This document shows, piece by piece, positions 14,200 through 26,600 of a stretch of DNA of 64,000 bases. The notes under the pieces were generated by a model. It was given only the letters and a program-made list of their open reading frames with translations. It did no database searches and was not told the origin of the DNA. The stretch comes from Bugula neritina (taxonomy: Eukaryota; Animalia; Bryozoa), in NCBI GenBank assembly GCA_964035545.1, contig OZ037765.1:12348698-12412697 (forward strand), given 5' to 3'. Each line of letters starts with the position of its first letter. Position 1 is the stretch's first letter. The position numbers and the translations under genes were made by a program.

Positions 14200-15480
14200 A
14201 GGAATTTCAAGTAATTGAATCTGCAGAGCCTCTAAGTTTATATAATTTACTCAGTTCTGATATTAATATGACTATTAGTAGGAAATTTAATCTATGAATT
14301 CCACAGAACTCCCAGTGAATTGTTGTATCTTTTTATATTCTTCTTGTGCTAGTCTCACACATTCACCAAGTATATGCATTACACATCCGGCACTTCTTGC
14401 TACTTTATTTTTTATAATGCCCATCTTGTAGCTTTGCGATCTTGAGCAGCCCCCAACAGTCAGTCTGTTTTTTTTTCAATCAACCAGATCTTAACCAGTT
14501 CCACTGTTATGTTTTCATTTGTTCCACTTTTTAATTTATTGAACAGGTAGAGCATTTTGTCCATCCACCAGTTCATTATCACTTTTTCACTTTCTAGTTG
14601 TACTGGGGTTATGTCATTTAGAAAGTTTTTCAGTATGGTGTCTGCATCTATACATGTTCTTTTTATGCAATCTGACAAACTGTATTCTTCAATTTTCGCA
14701 CATTACTCAATTAATATCATTCTCCTGTCGCTTTTGCTCCTGTTAACATACAACTGTCCACGTCTGCTTTTTGGGTGGAGGGCACTGTTTATGGTCATAA
14801 GCTCTTTTGTCTTTCTTTTCCCTTTCTTTGAGCTCATCAACAGTCCAGTAGAGTATTTTAGTTGTGTAAAACACTGCTGCCATCGGCCATGTATCACTTG
14901 TTCTTTTTTCATGATATTTCCTCTATCTGCAGATATGAATTTGATTTTCCGTGAAGCTTTAGATCATCTATATACATATGATATATATATGATTTATTAT
15001 CTTGCCTTGTTGAAACTTGTATCCCTGAGAGAGTTGTATCATTGAGCTGTTTCTCTCATTAGCATTGATAGTGGAATAAGAGAAGTTATAAGAGAGTCTC
15101 CTTGAAAAATTTTTCCCAATACTTTCACTTAGATGCTCAAGCTCTGTCTTCCAAGGCTTCATTCGCTTCCTTACCAATTTTATTATTATTATATTGCTGT
15201 AATTCAAGTGTTATTAGGTGCAGTTTTAGCTATCTCAACTAGTCTATTTGAATCTTATACATTAATTGCTAGCTGCTTAAAAGGTCATTGTTTTTAGCAC
15301 TTTTTAGAGTCAGTTGGTTAGTTATTCAGCTCAATCAAGTGTATTCTTATTTTGTTTTATGGTAATTCAAACTCGGTCTCTGCGCTACCGCTAGTTGCCA
15401 AGTGCTTTGGAATTTTACCTGAAGTCTAATTTTTTGCCAGTTCTATTGCAGTCAGCTCATTTTGGCTAGGCATTTACTGA
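14200..15480 (-). mobile_element. Decayed non-LTR retrotransposon, R4/Dong-like (RT + CCHC zinc knuckle), frameshifted with deletions
   Basis: Minus-strand peptides in shifting frames: MKPWKTEL, KIFQGDSL..IPLSMLMRET, HMYIDDLKLHGK (RT YxDD, ~14963-14974), KTKELMTINSALHPKS..LYVNRSKSDRRMILIE, AAQD, KCRMC, HILGECVRLAQEEYKK..HWEFCG; order and content match what I know of R4/Dong-clade ORFs. Confidence 0.85.
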
Positions 15481-16786
15481 GAGAGTTTCATTAACAAGTC
15501 TATAAGTGACTGCAATGCACAAATTAAGATAGCATTGGTGCAATCAATATTATATTTGCTACCGTGTATTAGCCATTAACTTTTAGTTGCCTACTAATAC
15601 TGTTAAAAAATGTTTGGATCAAACATTTTTGTTTACTTGCACTATTACTACTAGAGTTGAATAAATAGTTTGTAAAAGCTAAGTCCTTTAAAATACATCA
15701 GTTTTGAATTTGCATATATGGGTGTTGACTAATGAAATTGATAATATAACATTCGAGTGGCATTCATAATAATTAATATAGTATAATCTATACAGCAACT
15801 AATTTATTTATTATCTGTCTTTGAAATTAATTTTACCCACCAGTATATTTTGAAATGTTTATATTTTTAATTTCTAAAATTACCCTGTAGAATTAAATGT
15901 GAAATATAAGCAAAATTTATTTGATTCTGATAAAGTAAAAAAAAGTTCTTTAAACTATGACCAGTTATAAAGAAAAACTAACTCAAAATACTGACTATTA
16001 CTCAGAGCAAAGTGAAAGTATATTTTTTTTATTGCTTTAAAGTTTAACGGTTAACATGATATGTTTAAAATATGAATGGCGTATATATTTGACTTCTGCA
16101 TTCACAGATTTAAATAAGACTGCAACTACTAAAAATTACATTAATACTATAAATGCTACATTTCTGCTGTAGATAAGTACGGTAATTTTAACATTTGGCT
16201 TTCTGAATATTGCAGTCATGCCTGGTCTGTAAAATATGTACAAATTGTTGTTATATGGCACCCAAAATCTTCTATTTTGCTTGTTTTTAGACTTCAACTT
16301 TTAGCTACTCTATTTGATGTTACAGAAAGTTGACGCTGGAATTAATCTTGAAAATTTATGAAGTGCCTGAAGTAAGTAAAAAAAAATTTTGCAACTACAA
16401 CCCCTTCAATCAAAAAGTTATATTTTGGTGCGTGGAGTTTTTGAAGGTTTGCAACGTTGTCTTGTAGCAAATGTGCCTTGTTAATGGAAATGAAAATACT
16501 CAATTAGCTATAATACAGACTAATTATTGTACACTAACTTAACGTTAGTAGCCTGTAGTTGCTCCTGTGTGAAAATATATAATTAGCTATTTAACTTTTC
16601 CGTGCACAGCCGCTTTAACTTTGTTGGTTTTATGTTTTTTCTCAGCATATTTACTTTCTTGGGCGATTGGTTTACTTTCTTTCTTTGACTCTTTATTTCA
16701 TTTTCTAGTAATATTGTTGCTGACCTTATTTTCCAGAATACAGATTTGATGCTGTGGAAACTTAGTGTTCTTTTACTGGATCCAAC

Positions 16787-19700
16787 ATGCCACTAGACAG
16801 GTGAGAGTAAAGCATGATTTTTCAGATATAAATATTCTCTTTCTTACATAAGAGAAATGACACCACGCAATAAACTCTGTAAAATGCATTTAAATTCTGC
16901 TCTAAGAGCTTTACGCATTTATTATCTGATGTTGATTGCTTTGGAGTATAAAAGATTTTAATATAAAAGGCTTTTATGTAAGCTTTTGTTATAAGTTTTT
17001 TTGAGAGAAGCTAGACAAAGGTCATAACAAACAGTGATGTGCGTCAAAGATCACTCTCTTCCCCCAATAATTACCTAAATCTATTACATCTATTATTGTT
17101 AGAACTATGGGAGAGTAATGAAGTTTTCATTTCTCTAAATCCCAGGCTTCAATTTTAATTCCATTTGAACATTTGGATTAGATGCTATATATAAACAGTT
17201 GTTTTCCCCTAGCCACACAAAGCTTTATTGCTAATAACCACTTGTAATAATCCATTATGAGTGGATGAGATTTTGCAGTTACAATCTCTCTAAATTGTTG
17301 CTGGGGAATGAAATAAAATATGCAGCAATTTAGTTTTTGTTCCTTTGAGAGAAGGTCTAGGCTTGTTAAAAGGGCTGAATAATAACTTGGCATTTTTTAT
17401 CCGTGCTGCGGGTAGTTGCATTTTACCTTTAAATTAGAGCGTGTTCATTAAGATTTGGTAAGCTTAGGGTAACACTCGTTGTGTGGCCCTACGCTAGCTC
17501 TTCAAATTAAGAAAATTGTCAAAACAGCTTAATAATAAAATAATCCGATCTGGTCTGCAATTTACATTATTTTAGTTTGGATTTTAGCATCTTTGCTGCT
17601 GCTTAAAAGGTGGAAAACCTTACAGTTCAAATATATTCGAAGTTTAGTTCCTTCAACACTTTAGTATAATTTTAGTGTTTTGTAATTTGTAATTTATCTA
17701 TCAGCATTTTTCTATTAAACAGCTTAGCTGGTGTTTTATGCTGTGTGATGAGTTGCACCTCTCAATGTCTTCTAGCTTCAATTGCTAATATATGTAACTA
17801 ATAAATTGACAGAGTGAGCATTTTGTTGATGGTCGGCCGAATAAGTAGAAGTTGTGCTTTCAGTTCTGGGTGGCCGGTGAAGCGTTTCATGCATATAATT
17901 GGTTGAAAGTTCCTCTTTTACAATACCCTGAGATCAGTAACGCCTTGAGAGAATTAGTCTTCATTATACGTAGTCTTCATTATAATAGCGATAAAGTCTA
18001 CGGGATAAGTTGTAGCCGTTTTGTGACTAGTACGCACTGTCTACTAAAGGATTCATCAACTCTGGGATTTATGACCTACTATTATCAAAAACTTAGAAAA
18101 TACTACTTTTGGTCGGTGTCAACTATGCTTTGAGAGTCACAGCGCCTCATGTATTCCATACCCCCAGTTGCGTCTAAGTGCTTGTAAGTCTCTTGTCAGT
18201 AACTCTGGGTCAATGTTAAATATGATTTTAATACTTAGGTTAAGACTAAGGCATTAATTTAAATTACCTCAAAATAACGGTTATTTATAGTTAATGTTAG
18301 GTATAATTATAGCTTACTCTTAGTCTTATGCGTTATTAATTTAAATTTCTACTCATACTGCGAGTGGTTTCTCAATCTGAAACTTGGCCTTCTCAAAATT
18401 TGCGCCTTTTAGTTTTACTTTAAGTTTAACTTTTAGACTTATACTTATAGTTATGGTGCAACTGAAAGCATGATTTGTAAGTTGTACGTCTGAAAACTAG
18501 CACGTTTTTTAAGTTGTCGAATCACTTTGGTTTGAAATTGGTACCATAGGCATAGCTATGAGCTATCAAAACTAAAAGTAAATAGGCTACTACTCGCACC
18601 ATGAGTAATAAATCTGAATATTACTAAAATTAAATCAATATGACTATGAGTGCAGTTGTTTTATAGCGGCCCGAGTGCTGATATATCAGCGTAAGTGTAG
18701 ACCTGGTGCTAAATGCTGAGTGCTTTGGTATAATTTCATATTAATCAAGTTGATGATAATGAGAAACTCGATCAACGAAGCAGGCTAATCTTTTAGTTTT
18801 ATATATTAATAGATCATAACGGGCGAATGAAAAAGCGGTTGACCCTCATTTTGTCACTTCAAAATATTTTAAAAGAAATCTTTCTGTAAAGCTTGTCTAG
18901 GCTAGGCTAAGTTCTATTTTAAGCAGCTTCTGTATGAATATTTGATTATGTTGCTATTCTAGTAGTTCATCAGGATCATATAAATAAAAAAATCAGTCAA
19001 GCTTTTTCTGTACTTTGACACTCATTTGGCAGTGTAAAGAATAATAGACTGTTGCCAATGTTTCTGCCGACTGCATTGCTATTTGATTCTAGTTACAGGA
19101 AGTTGCCAATTTTCCTTAGAATTGGGTTGTAGTTCTATATACCAATAATTTAGTTTACTGTGCATTGTCTGGCTGTCTTTCACCAAAGCCAAGTGTCATG
19201 CTCTGGATACAGCAGTGTTCAGATACATTTTTGTTTATGAACCAGCAGCTGCAGTAAGTTTCGCTCAGGCTTGGAAAGAATGATTTGGGACAAGTTTGTT
19301 GGCACTTGGTCTAGAAGTTTCCACTAACTTATTATTTGTCTGTTTGCTTATTAGCTGTCATTTTCAGTCCATCTCAAAGATTTTATGCAAACATGCCCAG
19401 CAATAAAATGACCATTGATCAACGAAATAAGGTCTTGTAACTTATTGGCACAATCTCACATGTGAATCCTATGTTCAACTCTGAAAGGCAACAGCTATAA
19501 CTCCCGACAGTTCTACCTTTATAAGCAATAAAATGACCATTGATCAACGAAATAAGGTCTTGTAACTTATTGGCACAATCTCACATGTGAATCCTATGTT
19601 CAACTCTGAAAGGCAACAGCTATAACTCCCGACAGTTCTACCTTTATACGCATTTGGTCCTATCATTTGTGTACTATTATGGCAAGGATGCGTCAGTTTG

Positions 19701-21343
19701 TAGTACAATGTTTAGTAATAATATAATCCTGGCACCTATTTATATCTTTTAAAACGAGTTTACCCAGGTTCAAAGGTTCGGCTCGATTCTTAAAACAGTA
19801 AAAACTATCAAATTGATTTGTTTAAATTTTGAAAGACTATTTTGACAGGTTGAGTTTGAGAAATCAGTTACTAATTCGGCTCTATGTTTGCTCAGTCATC
19901 AGCCCAAAAGTGATCCTCTTTCTCTTCTAATTCTAAGCAGCTATCGAATCGAATCCATGTATTAAGCGACCAGTTAAGCCAAGAGACACGCTACAAAGTC
20001 TTGTGTTCAACCCTTTATCTTCTTATACTGCTTGCAGTGCACTTCACTTGATGCATTTTCATTTTGATATTACCGAATTGATAAAACTCTGAATTCTACA
20101 TCCAACTACCAATACATACGACGTAAACACAGTTTTTATACTACTCATATTATTAGGAAAAGTTCATATGCCATGACGTGGTTAACCTTACTAGAGCTGC
20201 CTAGAAATCATGAGAACTTTTTTCTCACTATTGTGCTAATTTTGCAGGTTGAATGGCCCAGTGGGCAATGGTAGGAATGTCTCGTCCGGAGAGAGCCCCC
20301 ACAGTAGTAAGTACACTCAAGTTTCCTAAGGCTTATTGTATGTTGAGTATAGATGAAGATTGTAAGGAGCTTCGAGTCCAGGCCTGTGCTTATGTAAAGG
20401 CACTATATTGGTGATATATTGCTTGTACTAAGGCTGCCTTTGACTTACTAAATGATGTCAACATCCTATGTAATCATCAAGCAGAAATCTCATAGTTTCT
20501 CCTTGTGTATGAGATGATACGACAAATTGAATTCATATAATAGACAGGTCAACCGTGTTCTTTGTGTCCATATTACTCTGCCAGCAATACACCCTGTTGA
20601 ACTTTTGTTCTGTGCTTTGTATAATATGCAGTGATTACACTAGTACAGCCTGAGATACTCACTGATATGCTTTTCTCAAAGTATGTTAGGATTAAGCCCC
20701 AATTTCTACACCCCATGGTGACTTACAAGGTAATAGCTGGTGGAGCAATGAATCTCTTTTGGCCTACATCCACCTTCACATTGTTGGTGATGGAAAAGTT
20801 TTCAATTTCCTGACCAGTACAGCAAAAATGTCTAACAAATGTGGCTCAAGTTAGAATAGCATTTAAATTGAGCAGTGTGTTATGTTCAGACCCTTCAAAC
20901 CACTGACTAGAAGGAATTGATGAAAGTTGATGTAGTTTTTAGCAATAATTCGACCCATGTTTACCTTTTAAATATTTCACTCATCCTTATTTTCAGACCT
21001 GCTTGCTTCCTTATATAACATCTGGTTTACTGTAGTCATGTTTCCATCATCAATCTTCCTGGGATGAATAACACGACTTCATATTTAATGAGAGAAAACA
21101 TTTTTGACTGACACTAATTTCCTCTGAAAGTATGCTAATATAATATACTAGTTGCTGCTCACTCTGGCAACTAACCCCTTATCTCTACGACTGTCTCTTG
21201 TGGCAATTAGTAATACACAGTCACTGCTGTCCTGCTAATACTGGCACCATTGCTTCTCTTGGTACTAATGTTACTAGGAGTTTCGTGAATAGTGTTCTAG
21301 TTCTGCTACTACCACTATTACTACTACTAGCTACTACTACTAG

Positions 21344-21379
<36 letters not shown>

Positions 21380-23574
21380 GCTACTACTACTACTAGCTAC
21401 TACTACTATCACAAGTACTACTAGCTACTACCAGTACTACTAACAGCTACCATCACTACTAGCTACTACTGCTCTTACTGGTCAATTTTTATCGTATTAG
21501 GTTTTGTCTACAGCTGCTGACCTCATAATTATTGTTGTAACTTTGATCCATTCAAGTGATTCTATGGTTGTGTGTAAACAAAAGTGATGATTCATTTACA
21601 TGGCAAGCCAAAAGTTTGCTTTTCAGTTTCATTGATTGTTCATTTACTTCAGATTATTGAATTAGCTCAGCTTTGCTTCGGGCTCCCAGCAGTTGAATGG
21701 GTAGTAAGTTAGTATATTGTAATACTGAGTTAGCCTGCTAGTTCGTATTTGCTAGTAGGAAAGCTAAACCCGATGCCTAACACTGCTTTGAGCTAAGTAA
21801 ATTAGCATCGAGTGCAAGTATAACACTTGCTCTAAACTTGTATAGGATATTAGCTCTTAGATGTAAAGATTAGGAACGTAGTTATGAAGCTTCTATTCAC
21901 CTGCATCGATTTTCTAAGAGGTGTATTTATCACTGGAGTCCCATTAGTAATGAGAATGGTAACTCAGCATTGCGATTCAGACTGGAGGTTTGGGTGTCAT
22001 TATTTGGTTAGTTCGAATTCCTTGAAATAGTGTCTTACTCTATTTAGTTAGATCTTCCTTTATATTATTGGGCTAGGCATAATAAATACAAGCTGCAGGG
22101 TATACAAATATAAAACTAGTTGTACTACTAGTCTGGGACATAGTGGCCTCATGACTGGATGCTGATGGCCTCTAGCTCTTATCCTATCTTGATATTCGAT
22201 GTATGGTAAAACACACAGTGTAGCCCTAGTATATCTGAAAAGGCTAGATTGTGATAATGCAAACAACTCCACCTCACACTTTCTCCCCTCCACATTAACA
22301 ATGAAGTATCTGATTGTTTCAAAGCCAAAAAGCCCAGGATGGTAGCCCATGACTAATATCAGGATGCTGTGTGTACAACACTGCTGTCAGTATTCTCAAG
22401 TATTGCAAGTCAGTGTAAAGTTGGTATTTTACAATAAAATATAATGACTTCGAAGTCTATCAGAAATTGGAATTTGCCAGAATTCATGTTGAAGTCTGGT
22501 GAATATGAATGTTATCTAATAAAGGATAAACTAAGATGTTGCATATATCAGTTACTTGGAACTATCAGCTGTAGTAGTGACATGCTTGATGGCTGCCAAG
22601 TGTTGAAGCAAATTGTTCTATATTTTGGTGTGACTTGCAATTGAAAAGTGATTTGTTTGATCAGCTGTGTGTAAAGATTTAGAGAGCAGTTGTTCCTGGT
22701 GCAGCTACGTAAGGAGGCCCTATAGTGCTGCCTGATTCCAGATGCCTTGATCTTGTGCTGTAGTGTGATATTTGATATAAGTTAAAGGTTTCTGGTTTCT
22801 TCGATCTCTGCTTAACATCACTTGCCAAGTTGAAGTGTGGGTGCAGGTGTTCTCAGATGCCCGTTAGCTCTTGGGGCACTTGGGCTAAATGATAGCCAAG
22901 ATTTCTCCGCGATAATACAAGATCCTATAGCAGTGATTCTAACGCTATTATATAGGCTTTCAGATCGAGTGGGTTAAAAATAGCAAAGAATATAATATTG
23001 ATGGGTTAGATGCTTTGGTACGAAAGCTGAGCACAAAACATCAAAAAGATTAAGTTTTATTGCTCACTACGCTGAGAGATGGAAGTGCAGTCACATACGA
23101 TACTAATAAGCTGCAGGAAGTAACTGTAGTGGTCTGAGGTCAGGTAGACCCAAACTCACATTGATGTCAATAAATCAACATGCCTGGCTCTATAAAAGTG
23201 ACTTCTCATTTATTATTTATTATTTTGGTAAACATACTTATAGTATGCAGATTGAAGTAGAAGAAGGAAACTATAAATTCAAGTCCAACTGGCGACTGAG
23301 CTTTTAGGTTTAAGGAAAATAGACACAGAAATATTGGTGATCATTCATGACAGCATTGGAACTCACCACTTGATTATAGGCATCCCCTCCTTGGCAGCAG
23401 ATCCTTGTTTGTGTGTCCTAATTGGAAGAATGTTGTGGTAAATAAAAATAAATGGTGGCTTACAAGGTAGAAAATGAATAGGATTAATGTTTTGGAGAAA
23501 GTTTTATCGAATTCATGCTGTCTAGTTTAAAGGTGGAAATTAATCTAGAATATGTTTTTATCCGCGTGATCAGC

Positions 23575-23614
<40 letters not shown>

Positions 23615-26600
23615 TTTTATTTAATTCTTTTAAACGTAACTAGTTTCAGTTGAATAAAAAAAGCTGTTACTTTTGTCTTTAATACTATGTGCCCAATTAA
23701 CCCATCAATAGATCACAAGTTTAGATATACCAGCTTATAGACTCATGGAGGCTGAAAAGTTGACCCTTTGAATCTTTTGCAAGATAACTTATTCCAGGGA
23801 TGTCAGTGCAGTAAGTTGATTGTTGACACATGCTTTGTCTTGAGAAGTTATTTATTTAAATCGTGTCTCCTATCATTATATTTTGTGGTTGGGCAGATTT
23901 TACATAGTAAATGGAAGTTTTTGATCTCAATTCCCTACACTACATTATATTTTTGACGTTCTGGAAATCTGGTCTTACAGAATTCAGTGATAACCATGTT
24001 TGAAGTTGGATTTGTGGTCGTCTAACCTCCATCAGTTCTACAAAGACTGGCTTCTTAACTTATTTCGCTTGTACTTTCTACTTGGTTTTAAACAGTTCTT
24101 CAAGCTATAATTATTGTAGCACAGTCTAGGCTCATTGACCTGTTGATGGATATTCAGCAGGTGCCTTTGACTAGTTATAATCAAGTAATGAGAATGAATT
24201 TATGCTAACTTAGACTATTGAGTAACAATACTGTTGAATACTAAATATATTAAAATGCTTGTGATTATCGGGTTGAATATGTAGAGGTTCTTAGCTTATG
24301 CGAGTTTCAATAGCTTCAGAATAACTACAGTTTAATATATAGTTTCTGGCTTGCAAATTATGGAAAGTTAAAGCTGTCACCTGCCTAAAGCAACATTTGG
24401 AATTTTGCCAACAGGTTGCTGCTAGTTGCCAGTTGTATGTAGCAACTTGAAGGTGAACAAACCTCGAAGCACTTTTAATACTACTTCAGCCTGATGGTAG
24501 CACCTCTATGTAGGTAAATACTTGGCCGTGCAGCTTATTGTTAGCCACTGCTGCTATATTCATCCCAGCCAACTTGTTAGTTTAGAACTTTAAATCATAC
24601 TATTTGATAATTGACAAATTGGGTTATTTGTTTTCTGTTGGTTTAGTAAAAGTCTGAATGTTGTTTGTAGTCTCATCTTGACTTAAAAAATGCTACAACT
24701 AATGTTTCGTTGTTGTGTTATCTTCGGGTTTATTGGTTTGAAACATCCTATTATTGCTAGATATGCCTCTGTGCTCTAACGCAATGCTCTGCTATTGAAG
24801 GTAAACTAGGCTTGCAATATCTTTGTTTGGGTGACTTTTATAGCAGCCAAATTTGCTGAAAAGTGAGGAGGTAGTGACGTCAAAGCTCTATATCTCAGTC
24901 ACAGTGTATTAGTAACGTGAGCACAGTCATGTGAGAGGTGGCTATTGGCTTGTGAAGTTTCTAGAAATTCTAAGAATATGAATCCTTATTGCTAATGGAA
25001 CGTTTACCAAGTGCACTCAAGTCATAAAAATATGATCAGCACAGAGAGCTGAGTGACTAGCACTCTGGCTGCATCTATATGTACCATCATATTGCTGTAG
25101 AATGCAGTGACATAGCTATGGATTCTGTATATAGCAGTATGATTAATGTGTATACAGTGCACTTCGTTATTGCATGTCTCTATTGGCATGAGAGTCAATT
25201 GACTGTCCACCACTGACACAACTAGTAATAGTAGTCTAAGCATCGGTAGTGCCATGGCGTTATTCTCGTGTGCTTCTCATGTCTGTATTCTCCTGTACTC
25301 GCGGCTGTATTTGCCACCTCTATTCTTCTAGTTGTGATAACACTGAGCCCAATCTCAAGACCCAGGTGCACGAGAATACTTGGTTTACTTTGTATCGATG
25401 ACCATCAGCTATACTTACTCTAGGCTTATGTTTACACTCGAGGGCTGGAGCTGATCATGTTTTTGTTCTATCACATAATGCAACATTTTATTGCATATAA
25501 TGTAACTAGTCAATTTGTATTTTGCCATTAAGTTTTAATGATTCTTTTGTTGGCAATTTTTTATGCTTGTCCTTGTGCAATCTTCCCTGGGGATATTGCC
25601 TATTTGCCTTTAGAAATGCTAGGACCATTGTCGTATTTGGATCATTTTTTATCGAATTGATGAACTGCTGCCCAAACTGCTTCAATCTGTTATTTTGATT
25701 TGATCCACTCAGCTAGGTAGAGGCATTGTCTTTAGATAATGGAGATGTTTTTGAGTTACCTAGTATTTAGTAACATCTTGCATACTTCTTTTGTAAGACA
25801 AAGGTGAACTTTGATCACTGAAGGAATGTTTTTTGGAGTTTGCTACTTGGGTTAATTTAAAACCTGACTACACAATAGAATGAAAGGATTAGGTGGTGTG
25901 CACTTTAATATGGCAGGAGGCCTAGCAAAACACTTTAGTGCAAACCAAACTAGTACCACCCAAAGCCACTAAATAACTCATCAAATTAATTTCTGTACCA
26001 ATTATCACTACAAATTTAAACACATTCCTTAAAAACTAAAACATCAACAAATTTCTGTCTGCCTGTCTCAGGCATGGAAACAGGGTCAGTATGGTATTCA
26101 CTTCCATCAATTATGGTGCCAGATAATGTGCTGGTGATTTTATAGCTCAAAGTGATTTATATTTGGTATTCTAGGCATGTAGTAGTTGTCTGGCTTACCA
26201 GCTAGTGGTCTGTTTGGTTGCTGTATGAAATATGCTAGTTTAAATGGTCAGAGTATTGGGTAGTTGTATTTCGATGTTGTCTAACTAAAATAAGGCAGTT
26301 TGAAAGTGTTAGAACTTCTGCTACAACTGGCATCTAATATGAGCTGGCTTTGCCAACAGCTGTTGATATGTTGGATTATAGTCTCTTGTAGTAATGTAAA
26401 GGTGTTTCCACACAGACTAGCAATTTTTGTCTTTTATCAGACAAGGTTTTATAATATTATAATGATAAGGGTTCGCAGTAAAATTGTGTTTTGCCTTTTA
26501 GCGGGTTTAGAGTTTCTGGACTTTTTTAAGTGTTGACTGCATAATGATCTCGAGCTTCCTTACTTGCCGTGCTGGCCTATCCCATCTAGAATCTGGACTT

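Noticed and set aside
14557-15045. 162-aa plus-strand ORF
   Set aside because: Antisense shadow of the decayed RT.
20320-21060. Possible very old RTE-like LINE remnant on the minus strand (SKSKAAL, AQAWT-like peptides); similar hints at 22-26 kb
   Set aside because: Motifs are too degraded to support by eye; needs RepeatMasker or tBLASTn.
21198-21380. ORF ending in poly-Tyr
   Set aside because: Translation of a (CTA)n microsatellite.
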